Source: Paraphysomonas bandaiensis (Eukaryota; Protista; Chrysophyceae). From it: DNA of 64,000 nucleotides. Positions within the stretch are counted from its first letter, which is position 1. Each line of letters opens with the position of its first letter. The notes under the pieces were generated by a model, which did no database searches, was not told the origin of the DNA, and saw only the letters and a program-made list of their open reading frames with translations. The translations under genes and the position numbers were made by a program. The stretch covers positions 1 through 64,000 of the forward strand of contig CBFFRP010000410.1 in assembly GCA_965644295.1 (NCBI GenBank), in the 5' to 3' direction. Of the stretch, positions 52,476 through 64,000 are shown in pieces.

Positions 52476-55400
52476 ATGGCCGAATCATCAGTGAAGGTGG
52501 GGGTACGCATCAGACCCCTGCTTCCAAAGGAGCGGCATCAGAACAACTCTATTACATCTTATGATGAGGCAAGCATTGAGTTTAAGAATCAAACATTTAC
52601 ATACGACTATGTGTTTGGGATGGAATTACCACAGCAGCAGCTATACCAGGACACGGCTGCTCCTATGTTGAAATCATTTCTGGATGGCTTTAACGTCACT
52701 ATTATGGCGTATGGCCAGACTGGTTCTGGAAAGACGTACACTATGGGTACTGCTGAGAATGATTCATCGGATCCCAACTCTGAGGGTCTTATTCCAAGAT
52801 TCGTTTCTGATTTATTTGACAACTTGGAGAACTTTTCTAAGGAGGAGAGACTTGAAGCCAACGTAAGGATTATTACCTTTAATGGAAATTATTAACACGC
52901 TATCTTTACATAGGTTAAAGTTTCTTTTCTTGAAATCTATGGCGAGGATGTATATGATTTACTTGGTGACTCTCGCAGTACGGAGCGACAGTCTCTCCCT
53001 GTTCGTGAAAACGACAGCGGTCTTGTTTTTGTTCAAGGTTTACAAGATGTCAAGGTTCTTTCATCGGAAGAAGCGTTATCTGTGTTGACTGCGGGTACCA
53101 AGAATAGAATTACTGCTTCTACGGCTATGAATGCCGGGTCAAGTCGCTCTCATGCGGTGTTTACGATTATTCTAGACCAGACATTTCGTTCGGCGGAGTC
53201 GGAGGATGACACAACACGCATCAGTTCCAAACTGACTTTCGTCGATTTAGCAGGCTCGGAGCGTATCAAACGCACTGGTGCCGAGGGTCAACGAATGAAA
53301 GAAGGTATTCAGATCAATTCGGGACTGTTCAACCTAGGCCAGGTTATAAACGGTCTCGCCGATGATAAGAGGATCAAGACTGGAGCTAAAGCAATGCACA
53401 TTCCTTATAGAAATTCGAAACTAACCCACTTGCTCAAGGTGTACTTTTATTCTGCGTTCATAAATTTATATGACATAGTTGTGTTGTTTATCTCAGGATG
53501 CACTTGGTGGCAACTCTCAGACGCTGTTTTTGGCCTGTGTGTCTCCGGCGGAGTGCAATGAGTCAGAAACATACTCCACTCTATCGGTATGTCTATCCAT
53601 TTCAGTTATATACCAAATTGACAGTATATTTCATGTTTTAGTATGCTCGGCAGGCTAGAAATATACAAAACAAACCAGTGCGCAATATGGACAAGCACCA
53701 ACTGGAAGTCCGCCGCCTGAAGTACGCTGTGAAGACGTGGATGACCAAGGCACTCATGCACATGTTCGGTAACAAGGGATCTGGTGGTAGCGGGCAGGGA
53801 GATGACGATGACAACCCACGTGAATCCTTCTTGCCTGATGTAGCCATCAATGACACTGCCTCGCCAAGTGATTACTCTCGTGGACCTGGCTCAGAGATTT
53901 TCATGCGCCCTGAGGTGCAGCAGTATATTTATAATGTCAACGAGGTACAGTGAAGTGCACGCGTTTTACTTGCATTTCAACTCTATTGTCGATTTCATCA
54001 AAATAATATTTCCTCGTGTATATCAATACTTGTCTCACTATATTGCAGAAAATCAATACCATCCTTCAGACTGGAGGATGCCATCCCTCGCCTCGAAAGG
54101 TCCGACTATCTATCATGCCTTCCCCACGCACTAGAGGAACGGAGGCAGGTGCAACTTTTTCACACGTCAAGAGGCGACTCCAATTTAATGATGACGAGGC
54201 CCCTGTGGGTGGAAAGCGTCTAGACAGACGCAGTCTCTCAGGTATTACAGAAGAAGACGATCATGGGGGCTTGAGTGGAATCGAGGATTTTCAATCGCCT
54301 GAAGAGACTGAAAAGCTCGTATCCAGAATGATTGAGGTGATTTACTGGTACTAAATGCAATCATTTTAACAAGCATTGATTTAGTTGGTTCACAAAGAAA
54401 AAGAGTCTGCTCAGGAACGTGATCACCCCGTCAGCGAAAGTGAAGAGGGGGATGTTCTCGACAAGGAAGCTATCGACGAAGTCGACAAGGAGATTACTGA
54501 AAAAGAGGAAATTCTCGTTAAGTTAAAGGATGCTGTGAAAGGATTTGGCGCTATGAAGCAAGAGTACGAGTCGTTGCTTCACGAAATCAATGCTTTAGAA
54601 GCTGAAAGACACGAGCTTGAGGCAGCACTGGAGAAGGCCAAAAAGCAAGAGGAGCTGCTTGTGGCGCAAAAGCAGCCAGTTAACCCTGTTGCAATGGAGC
54701 GTTTAAAGGAGCGGTTCTTGAAGGTCAAGGAAGAACTCTCGCGCATGAAGAGTGACAAAACCAAAAAGGAGTCAGCCTACAAACTTATGCAGAGAGAATC
54801 AAAACAATTAGAATCGTTACAGCGAGAACTTACTAAGCTTAAAGAAATGAAAATTTCTTTAGAAAAAGCCAGAAAAAGTCAAGTACAGCAACACAACAAG
54901 TTTAAAAAGGAACAACAGCAAAAGTTGACCATGCTCAAAAAGAGTGATGTCAAGAAGCAGCGCCAGATGAATGATTTGAAGAGTGAGCTACAGAAGAAGG
55001 TCCGCGTGCTTGGTAATAAGGACAGGGAAATTAACCGTATACAATCGAAACTTAAAGCTGCGGAAGAGCACATTACTCATCTTCTTCGCCTTGCTAACAA
55101 GTCCCGCCAGAAAACGATATCTTCTACACCTTGTAAGGCAAACAGCAACCATGAAGAAAGACAGGGAGGCTCTGGAGGGACACTAGACATGGGATTTGTT
55201 CAGTCATCGAAAAATATGCTCGACAATATGGTACAGGACCGTGTGCATCTAAAGTACATGAAATCTATGTGTGCAAAGAAAAGCCGAACCCTAAAAGATA
55301 TCAAAGAAGAACTGGCTGAGGAACTTAATGAAAAGAAATCCTTGGTTGTGAAGAGGGATAAGCTTGAAGAAGAAAGTGTAAACTGCGCGGAAACTTTTGA

Positions 55401-57975
55401 TGAAGAAAAGCGTAACGCATTGAATGATATTCTCCTGCAACTGAAGACTTGTGATTCTAGTATCGACAGACTGACGACTGATCAGAACATGCTCAATGCA
55501 GACCTTGCTGAGTTATCGAAGCAAATTGGAGAGGCTAGAGACGAATCAGACTCCACCTGGGAATCATTTGGTAAGACCGTTGTGGGAAATCTTTCTCTCT
55601 CTCAGTGTCAACACATCCTTTGGGACATGGTTATGGATAAGAGTGAAGCTCTAGATGCCCTCCGCGAGGAAAAAGAGAAACGTCACGAGGTCACTGAGGC
55701 TTTTGAGTCTGCCCAGGAAACCATATCACAATTGGAAAAGCAGCTTGAGCAGAGTCGCAAAGAGATGAAACAACGTCTTGATGACGCTGAACGTCAGCGA
55801 GTGCAGGATGTGTGGGCATTGATGAAGTCACGAGATAGCGCGACTGTTTCCGAGGCATCTAATGCATCTGCACAGAGTGTTGCCTTTACTCGAGCACAGG
55901 AGCTGGAGGTTGCACTCAATGATTATATTGCTTCAGACTCTGAAATGAAAGCAGAAATTTCCCAGCTTAAGTCTCAGAATACTGAATTGATGAAGAAACT
56001 TCAAGAGAAGCTCTTTCTAGGAAGAGTCGGTTATTCTTCAAGTAAGATGGAGGCAGATGATATGGCAAAATGCTTTAAAGATCTTGACTCTATTTGGACA
56101 AGCCTTGGAACCAATGTTGAAGATCGCGAGTCAGTTCTTAATACTATTGAGAAGGCCAGTGGCCAGGCTCGAAAGGAGGCACTCGCTGCTGCCAAACAGT
56201 CTTTGGAATCCGCACAATCGGAAGTGTCCGAGCTGTTATCCAATTTGAAAATGATATGTGGCCTTCTTCATACTGCAGGAGATAAGTACTTTGACGAAGG
56301 AAAGTATAGTGAATGTTCTCTTCAGGACAAACTTGTGAATTTAAGAAAAGGGTACGCTGATGCAACTCGAGATTTCCAACAGTGCTGTATGTCAGCATAC
56401 GCATTGAAGGATAAGTTAAGCGCTTTGATTACTGATATGGGCCTTCAGGCATCAGACATGTCTGTAGATCTTAACCTTCTAAGTATTCTCGATAGTTCGC
56501 ATGCAAAGGACTGCCCCTCTGACCTCGCGTCGTATATGATCGCTACAGGAATAAACTTGAGTGCAAGCCATTTATCTCATCTAGAGTCTGCTATTCGTGA
56601 TCTATCTGTAAAACGTGCCGATACTATATCACAGACTGTGGAGATGGTGCAGCAGATAACGACTCTGCGACATGTACTGGGACTAACAACTGCATCTGCA
56701 TTACAAGAGGTTGATCTTGGGCAGGATTGTGATTCGATGGTTAAGCAGCTTGCCATTGATATTGTTCTTTCGCCTTCAGCAAATATCACAGGAAATGTCA
56801 AAGTTGTAAATGTGCTGGAAACGCTTTCGCTCAGCCTCATGACAATGAAGTCTATGAGACAGAGCTGTGCTGAGAACATAGATCAATTGGCTGCTACGGT
56901 CAATCGACTCTTTGGTGTATCACTTCTTGGTAACCTAGATGATAGCGGCAAGACTGATATTAGCAGAGAATGCCTATCCGCTGCCGCGGAGTGTATGTGT
57001 CAGTACTCAGACTGCATTGCTAATCACTTGAGAGACATTCAGCGGTCATCGTTTCTGCGAGCAACTGAAACAGGGGTACAGGGAGAAGAGTATAATTCTC
57101 ATCTTGCAGCACTATCAGATATGCCCGCCAAGACGCAGGAAGAGCTTACTATGCTAGCAGATATTGAAGCGCCCATAACCCAGTTTGAGGAAAATATTAT
57201 GTTTATTGATGAGAAGTGGCTGCATACTGCAGTGTGCTCTGTCGTCGATACTTTTAAACAAAGTAACAACGACACAATATTTGTAAGTTGCAAACTTTAC
57301 TCTCCAGTTGTCTCTAAAAGCGCATTCTATTTCAGGCTATTGTTTTGTCTACCGAAAAACGCCGCGTTGACACGTTTGCCAATGCTGTGCGAGACATGGA
57401 GAAGCAAGACAGTTTGCTAGAAAAGCATATCACAGATATGGAAGCCTTTGAAACAACATCAAAGCAAAACCGCCAAAAAGTACTGATGGGTGAGTTTTTT
57501 GGTATAAAGTTGTTTGTTTGATGTTTGTGTAGGTAATTCTAAGGCTTTAATGGACGAGGAAAAGTTTAGGAAAAGTGGAAAGCGTAAATTTGAATCTATA
57601 TGTGACAAATTGTTGGATGCTGCTCGCACCGCACAAGCTCATTCCGGAGGTATTCCACTGGACATATCCAAGCTTACACCACAGAGTCAAGGTCTTCTGA
57701 AAGGAAAAATTCAGGAACGAACCGAGCTTATGCACTTGCATACAATGACTCATGGTGCTAGGAGATGGAGCGGAGAAAGAGACAGCATGCCAACCGAGGA
57801 TTTAAACAAAGAAAATTCAGTTGGAAGTCTTAATACTGAACAAACCTCATCAAGATCAAAGTCACCTACGCCTTCTCGGATTGCAAGATGTGGCCCTCAA
57901 TCTCCAAGATGCAGAACTGCCAAGAAAGATATTTCTAAGCATTCGGTAACTTCAATATCTTCAGCTGCAAAATAA
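52476..57975 (+). CDS. Kinesin-4 (KIF4/KIF21-like) with C-terminal PRC1/MAP65/Ase1-like region
   Basis: P-loop AYGQTGSGKTYTM, switch I NAGSSRSH, switch II DLAGSER, HIPYRNSKLT. Kinesin-4-like stalk LKKSDVKKQRQMNDL...KVRVLGNKDRE. The C-terminal MAP65-like motifs are described in the findings. Confidence 0.9.
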
Positions 57976-58849
57976 AATATTTCATGCTAAGATATACCCA
58001 ATATTTAACAGCAAAACGTTGTTCACGTATGGATATTTGATGGTCAATCCACTCTAACCTCAAGTATACTGATATATATTCACATATGATGGTATTGATG
58101 ATAATAGAACTATTTTTAATAATCAATGGTATTTTCTGCAAGTTTGCAAGTTTACTGAACTTATTCATTATCACAACATATATACATTCAACGTAGTCAT
58201 AGAACTAATATATATGCGGTTGAAATTTAATAGCTTTTCTGGTCCTACTCCTTTTCAGTTTTTAGACCTGTGTAGATGGATACATTGCTAATTGGTATTA
58301 ATGAAAGTTGAAACTCATAAATGTGAAGAGCATGAGTCTATATTCTATGTTTAGTGTTGACAGTTCAATAGAATTTGTAATAGTATGTTCATACTTTTCT
58401 GACATCTGACATGTAGTAAGCATAAAAGCTTTGTATTGTGCTTCTGAAGAGTATACGTGCACGACATTACACACAAGTTGCTTTTGAAACCAAGGACATG
58501 CAGTTCTCTTGCTACTTACTACACTCATTGAAGAAAATCTATGACTGTCCATGATACAAGATGATTGTCATATTATTAGCCATTAGCCCGTTTATATGAT
58601 TTTCTTATGCAGAGAGGAAAAAGTGGTTACACCAGTATTGGTGGGGATAGATATTTTGAATTTGGAATACCAAAAGTGGGATTGACACATCCACACTAAC
58701 GATAGTTAATAGGGCAGCTAAACGCAAATGCTCTTGAGTGAAAGTAAATTCATTCTTAGGTTCGATTGTAATAAGTCAAAGTGTCATTATGGGTACCATA
58801 GCAAGCACGGTAGACACAAGGAATGAGCCTGACTATTCAGCATATTTAC

Positions 58850-59822
58850 TTAAATAACTCCAGCCTCATTCTTAAGTTTGTTGACAAGCTCGTCAACTGT
58901 CTCAACCACTACGCCAGCCTTTCTCACGGGAGGATCCTCAACGGAGACAACAGTGTTCTTAAGATCCATATCAATGCCCAAGGATGACGCCTCCACTGTG
59001 TTGATAGGTTTCTTCTTTGCCTTCATAAAATGGAAGAATCAGAGTACACACGGCGTTACAAAAATGATGTACCTTCATGATATTGGGAAGGGTAGCATAG
59101 CGAGGCTCGTTCAAACGAAGATCGGCTGTGACAACTGAAGGTAATTTAAGAGAAAGCTTTTCCGTGCCACTGTCGGTTTCTCTGTCCAGAATTAGTTTCT
59201 GTAGATAGCGTCAGCACTTTCCGCACACATAAATACACACTACAGCTCACCTCGCCATCGATCTCCATACCACAAGCGAATGTTCCTTGGGACCACCCAA
59301 GGAGTCCTGCTACCATGGGACCAGTCTGAGCATTGTCACCGTCAATGGCTTGCTTTCCAACAATAACCATGTTAGCTTCCTCGCTTTTGGCGAAGTGGGA
59401 GATGATATTCGCCACAGCTAAGGGAGAAATACCCTGATCTGTTCTCACATCAGTGGTAACATGAATACCCTTATCTGCACCCATCGCAAGAGCTGTACGG
59501 AGGGTCTCAACACATGCTTTTGGCCCAATAGATATAGCAACCACCTATAACAACAATACTCTAAGTACTACCCACCAATCAAACCTCATTACATGTACCT
59601 CATTGGCAATCTTCTTTTCCTTTAAACGAATTGCTTGTTCCACAGCAATCTCACAGAAAGGATTCATAGACATCTTCACATTAGCCAAATCCACACCTGA
59701 ACATGAGCTCAGCTCATACATACACTCCAGTAGATGGATATCTCCTCACCTGTCTTGTCGGGAAGGACACGGACCTTTACCGCATAGTCTACGGCTCTTT
59801 TTACTCCAACAAGAACTCTCAT
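58850..59822 (-). CDS. ETFB: Electron transfer flavoprotein beta subunit
   Basis: [77 protein letters not shown]. Confidence 0.95.
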
Positions 59823-60369
59823 TGCTATTATCTAGGGCTCTATTTATTGTTAAGGGTGTGGTACTGCCTGTTGTTGTTATTGCCTATGCATATGAGCGAG
59901 TGTGTCTATACACACACTACGCAGCACTGTCACGCAGCAGTAGTATACACTGCGTGTATTTGTATATAGAATACTGTACTGTATATAGTGTGTATATATT
60001 GTATATATCTGGAGCAGTATATGGTAAATATATGGTATATATGTGCATATGGAGGTTTTCATATACAGGGTGTATTCACTGTATTTGGGACTTATCTTTT
60101 CGGTTTACGATATTCGAGGTTTTCAGTTTAGTGCTTCGGAGTTTTAGTTTAGTAGCTGAGATATTCTGATGGCGATTCACATTTCGATTAGGACTGAAGT
60201 CCAGAACTTCAAAGTTTTAGTACAAAGTACGTGATTTCGTAGATAGTCGAGTTTTCGTATGTGAATATTGATTTTAGTACGTGAATATTGATTTTCGAGT
60301 GTGAAGTGTCGATCGTAGTGTAGTGTTGACCTGTGTTGACCTACGTTGAACGAGATGGGTGTTTGCTCA

Positions 60370-63136
60370 TTCTTGTCACTGACTTTATAATTTACTTTTC
60401 TTAAAGAGCACATACGGTTTGTTAGTGTTTCTGGCAGTGCGCCCGTCGTTGCGCCTGGACAGTATCGCAGCCCGCTGGCGGATACTTTTTGGTGGTTGTA
60501 GAGTCTAGACAAGAGATCATCTTTTCTTGGTCCACACAGAGTTGAGTCACGGTTGGTGAGTCACCTGCGGGCACAGAAAAGATACAGTAATATTACTTAG
60601 CTTAGCAGTAAATTGTACCAAGTTAACATATATTGAGCCCAAGAGATAAGTGAGTTTAGTTTTTCGTGTGATTGAGCCATGGAACCATGTGTATCAGGAT
60701 ATGGCCAACATGTTCAGTCAGCAATTCCAGCAGCTTCGGGAGGACATGCATCAGCTTAATCAGCAACAACTAAGGCAGGAGGAGAATTTCAATGAGTTTT
60801 GAGTGGAAGTTAATAATCAACGTCTAACAACAGTTGAAGAGATAAGATCTCGGAGGACTTCACCAGCAGCTTCAGTTGTAGGTCTATATGAAGTGGTACC
60901 TCGTGAGGAGGACATATCGAATATAATTCATAATGAAGATGCGTCAACTACTTCTAGAGGCATTGAAGTTACTGTAGGACCTATATTCCTCATCATCATA
61001 CAGAGCAGTACATTGATCCAGCGCTATTGCAGTCACAAATTGAGACAGCTATTCGACAGGGAGTTCGAAATGCTACTCAGAGTATTTTGGAGGAGAGCAG
61101 TATATAGTGCAACCCCGTCAGGATAAGAGGCAAACGCTACAAACGGTACAGGAAGCGGTTGCTGAATCAGAGAAGAGGCAAGTCAAGAAGATTATGTTGA
61201 CAACCGAGGACAAGTCATATAAGAGAACGATTTCGCTTCCGGAGATCGATATGGATAAGTTTATGCAGTTTCTTGAGGATATAGCTGAGTTTGGAAAGTG
61301 CAATTATGATCAACCAATTCCTTCAGTATTCATATTGATCAAGGGTCGAGCCAAAGAGACTGTGAAGCATACTTTAATGGGGTTATTTCCTCATGTGTAT
61401 CCAACTACTTTGAGTTGTAATGATGCTTCGATAACTGATATAATGTCTGCAGTAAAGCATCATATCAGGCCACTGGATGTAGTCGCATTTAATGATATGT
61501 TGTTAAAATCTTGCACTGCGTACCAAGTGAACATGGATAAGTTGGAGGATTTTAAGAGAGTTGATGAGGAGTTATGCATTCTTGAAACAAAGTTTACACA
61601 GCGTTACGAATTCTTGGTTGATGCGTGCAAAAACAATGATTTGTGTGAAAGTATTCCTTCGTTTAAACTGCTGGTTCTTCTCATCCAACTCTCTCGTAAT
61701 CTTCAAGTGACCAAAGAACACAGTAAGAAATGCTTGTACAGAGGCAAAATTCTCTACTTTCAGAAGTCTCTTCATAGTATCCTTCATGCTCAATGGAATC
61801 AACCTCATAAAAGTCTCCAGAGAACCCCCATTCTTAATTGTTACTAATGGAATACTTTCATACAAATCATTATTTTTGCACGCATCAACCAAGAATTCGT
61901 AACGCTGTGTAAACTTTGTTTCAAGAATGCATAACTCCTCATCAACTCTCTTAAAATCCTCCAACTTATCCATGTTCACTTGGTACGCAGTGCAAGATTT
62001 TAACAACATATCATTAAATGCGACTACATCCAGTGGCCTGATATGATGCTTTACTGCAGACATTATATCAGTTATCGAAGCATCATTACAACTCAAAGTA
62101 GTTGGATACACATGAGGAAATAACCCCATTAAAGTATGCTTCACAGTCTCTTTGGCTCGACCCTTGATCAATATGAATACTGAAGGAATTGGTTGATCAT
62201 AATTGCACTTTCCAAACTCAGCTATATCCTCAAGAAACTGCATAAACTTATCCAAATCGATCTCCGGAAGCGAAATCGTTCTCTTATATGACTTGTCCTC
62301 GGTTGTCAACATAATCTTCTTGACTTGCCTCTTCTCTGATTCAGCAACCGCTTCCTGTACCGTTTGTAGCGTTTGCCTCTTATCCTGACGGGGTTGCACT
62401 ATATACTGCTCTCCTCCAAAATACTCTGAGTAGCATTTCGAACTCCCTGTCGAATAGCTGTCTCAATTTGTGACTGCAATAGCGCTGGATCAATGTACTG
62501 CTCTGTATGATGATGAGGAATATAGGTCCTACAGTAACTTCAATGCCTCTAGAAGTAGTTGACGCATCTTCATTATGAATTATATTCGATATGTCCTCCT
62601 CACGAGGTACCACTTCATATAGACCTACAACTGAAGCTGCTGGTGAAGTCCTCCGAGATCTTATCTCTTCAACTGTTGTTAGACGTTGATTATTAACTTC
62701 CACTCAAAACTCATTGAAATTCTCCTCCTGCCTTAGTTGTTGCTGATTAAGCTGATGCATGTCCTCCCGAAGCTGCTGGAATTGCTGACTGAACATGTTG
62801 GCCATATCCTGATACACATGGTTCCATGGCTCAATCACACGAAAAACTAAACTCACTTATCTCTTGGGCTCAATATATGTTAACTTGGTACAATTTACTG
62901 CTAAGCTAAGTAATATTACTGTATCTTTTCTGTGCCCGCAGGTGACTCACCAACCGTGACTCAACTCTGTGTGGACCAAGAAAAGATGATCTCTTGTCTA
63001 GACTCTACAACCACCAAAAAGTATCCGCCAGCGGGCTGCGATACTGTCCAGGCGCAACGACGGGCGCACTGCCAGAAACACTAACAAACCGTATGTGCTC
63101 TTTAAGAAAAGTAAATTATAAAGTCAGTGACAAGAA
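60370..63136. repeat. Large palindrome: 1288-bp arms (60370-61657, 61849-63136), 191-bp spacer
   Basis: Mirror ORFs 60803+/62703- and 61107+/62399-; the arms are near-identical, with three substitutions noticed. Confidence 0.97.
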
Positions 63137-63775
63137 GTGGTAACAGCAGTTGTGAACTTGAATCAATTTTCATGCGAGGAGTTTAAAGCTGCTGCTCATC
63201 GTTGTGGTGTCACTACAAATGCAACTAGAGGAATCACGGGCGATGTGTCTAGCTATGCAGGAGGAGATAAAGAGAATGAAATCTGCGGCGCTATCTGCAC
63301 CGAATCCGCCTACACCTGCACCGAATCCGCCTGCACCTGCACCGAATCCGCCTGTATCTCTTCCACCAGCTGAAATTCTACGTGAACTTCCAGTCGTCGC
63401 TTCTCCTCCTCTAGTCGCGACGCCGACACCCCTGCAGCAGATTCCGTGTGTGGACAGACACAATGTGTTCGATGAGTACATGCAACAACAAATTATGCAG
63501 GATCGAACAGCTCGTGAAATACACTCTCATGAGCAAACCCTGAGGCTTCAAATTTACGAGAATCTTCTAATGCGGAGAGGTAGATAGTAGTTTGTACTGC
63601 TCTTTTTATCTACTTCTCTGTAGAAATTTAACACTTATAGCAGTTAAGTTAATAATAATTGCGTTGACAACACACACTTGTAATTGTTTAAACATAACAA
63701 CGTTACTTTTACTATCTACTATCCACCAACAAAACCTGGTAAAATCACTTTACCAGGTTTGGGCATCACATCGAC
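63137..63775 (+). mobile_element. Right-end remnant of the 28-bp-TIR transposon family, with Pro/Gln-rich ORF (63204-63587)
   Basis: Ends ctttaccaggtttgggcatcacatcgac (63748-63775), identical to 1296-1323. Subterminal hairpin at 63732-63760. A 21-bp tandem repeat occurs about 3 times at 63295-63354. Confidence 0.85.
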
Positions 63776-63780
63776 TTATT

Positions 63781-64000
63781 ATAAATAGTTATGGTGAAGA
63801 GATTGATGTCGATATTGTTTTGTTTGATTCAGGTGCAAGTTCGAATAATTTTATATCGGATAAGTTTTACAAGAGATATGAACGTGTTTTGAAGAAGGAT
63901 GTCATATATAATAAATTTATAGTGAGAGTAGCAAATGGACAGGAGGTAGTCATACCGGGATATGTGCCAGTGAAAATTGTATTCAAAGATCATGATAAGG
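63781..64000 (+). pseudogene. Retrotransposon aspartic protease fragment (runs off window)
   Basis: The frame from 63781 reads INSYGEEIDVDIVLFDSGASSNNFISDKF...VRVANGQEV: D-S-G-A active site and flap motif. Confidence 0.85.

Larger units (their letters stand above)
60167..64000 (+). mobile_element. Rearranged, decayed Ty3/gypsy-like LTR retrotransposon (gag-like region + protease)
   Basis: Interrupted gag-position ORFs at about 60701-61657 and a retropepsin at the window end on the same strand. The left boundary is approximate and the gag identity is inferred from position. Confidence 0.6.

Noticed and set aside
5316-60169. Many 60-235 aa antisense or alternate-frame ORFs overlapping the called genes
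   Set aside because: They are shadows of real exons or read-through into short introns, with no independent motifs.
60798-60805. Programmed readthrough of the TGA in the gag-like region
   Set aside because: The element also has a frameshift and a rearrangement, so simple decay before the duplication explains it.

Overview
Gene-dense eukaryotic (protist-like) nuclear DNA with very short GT-AG introns (about 40-60 nt); I cannot assign the taxon firmly. About 17 protein genes are supportable: VPS25, BRO1/ALIX-like with a C-terminal UBA, a RING-H2 protein, a bestrophin, a FAR-17a/rolling-stone-like membrane protein, a cAMP-receptor-like GPCR, SEC31 with an internal WW domain, PDCD2, neutral ceramidase, a YciI protein, a VPS13-like protein, a CmcI-family methyltransferase, a kinesin-4, ETF-beta and several unknowns. 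Twelve of them form six head-to-head pairs about 460-580 bp apart. Mobile DNA includes a 28-bp-TIR transposon family (one complete MITE and two right-end remnants), three copies of a hairpin-rich repeat without TIRs, Copia and Ty3/gypsy remnants, and two fold-back inversions, one a 2.77-kb palindrome. The most notable candidates are (1) a kinesin-4 apparently fused to a PRC1/MAP65/Ase1-like module, i.e. both halves of the spindle-midzone module in one polypeptide, and (2) the structured dispersed repeat, which could be a SINE or a non-autonomous RNA-guided-transposon (omegaRNA-like) element. All family calls come from motif recognition by eye; no searches were run.
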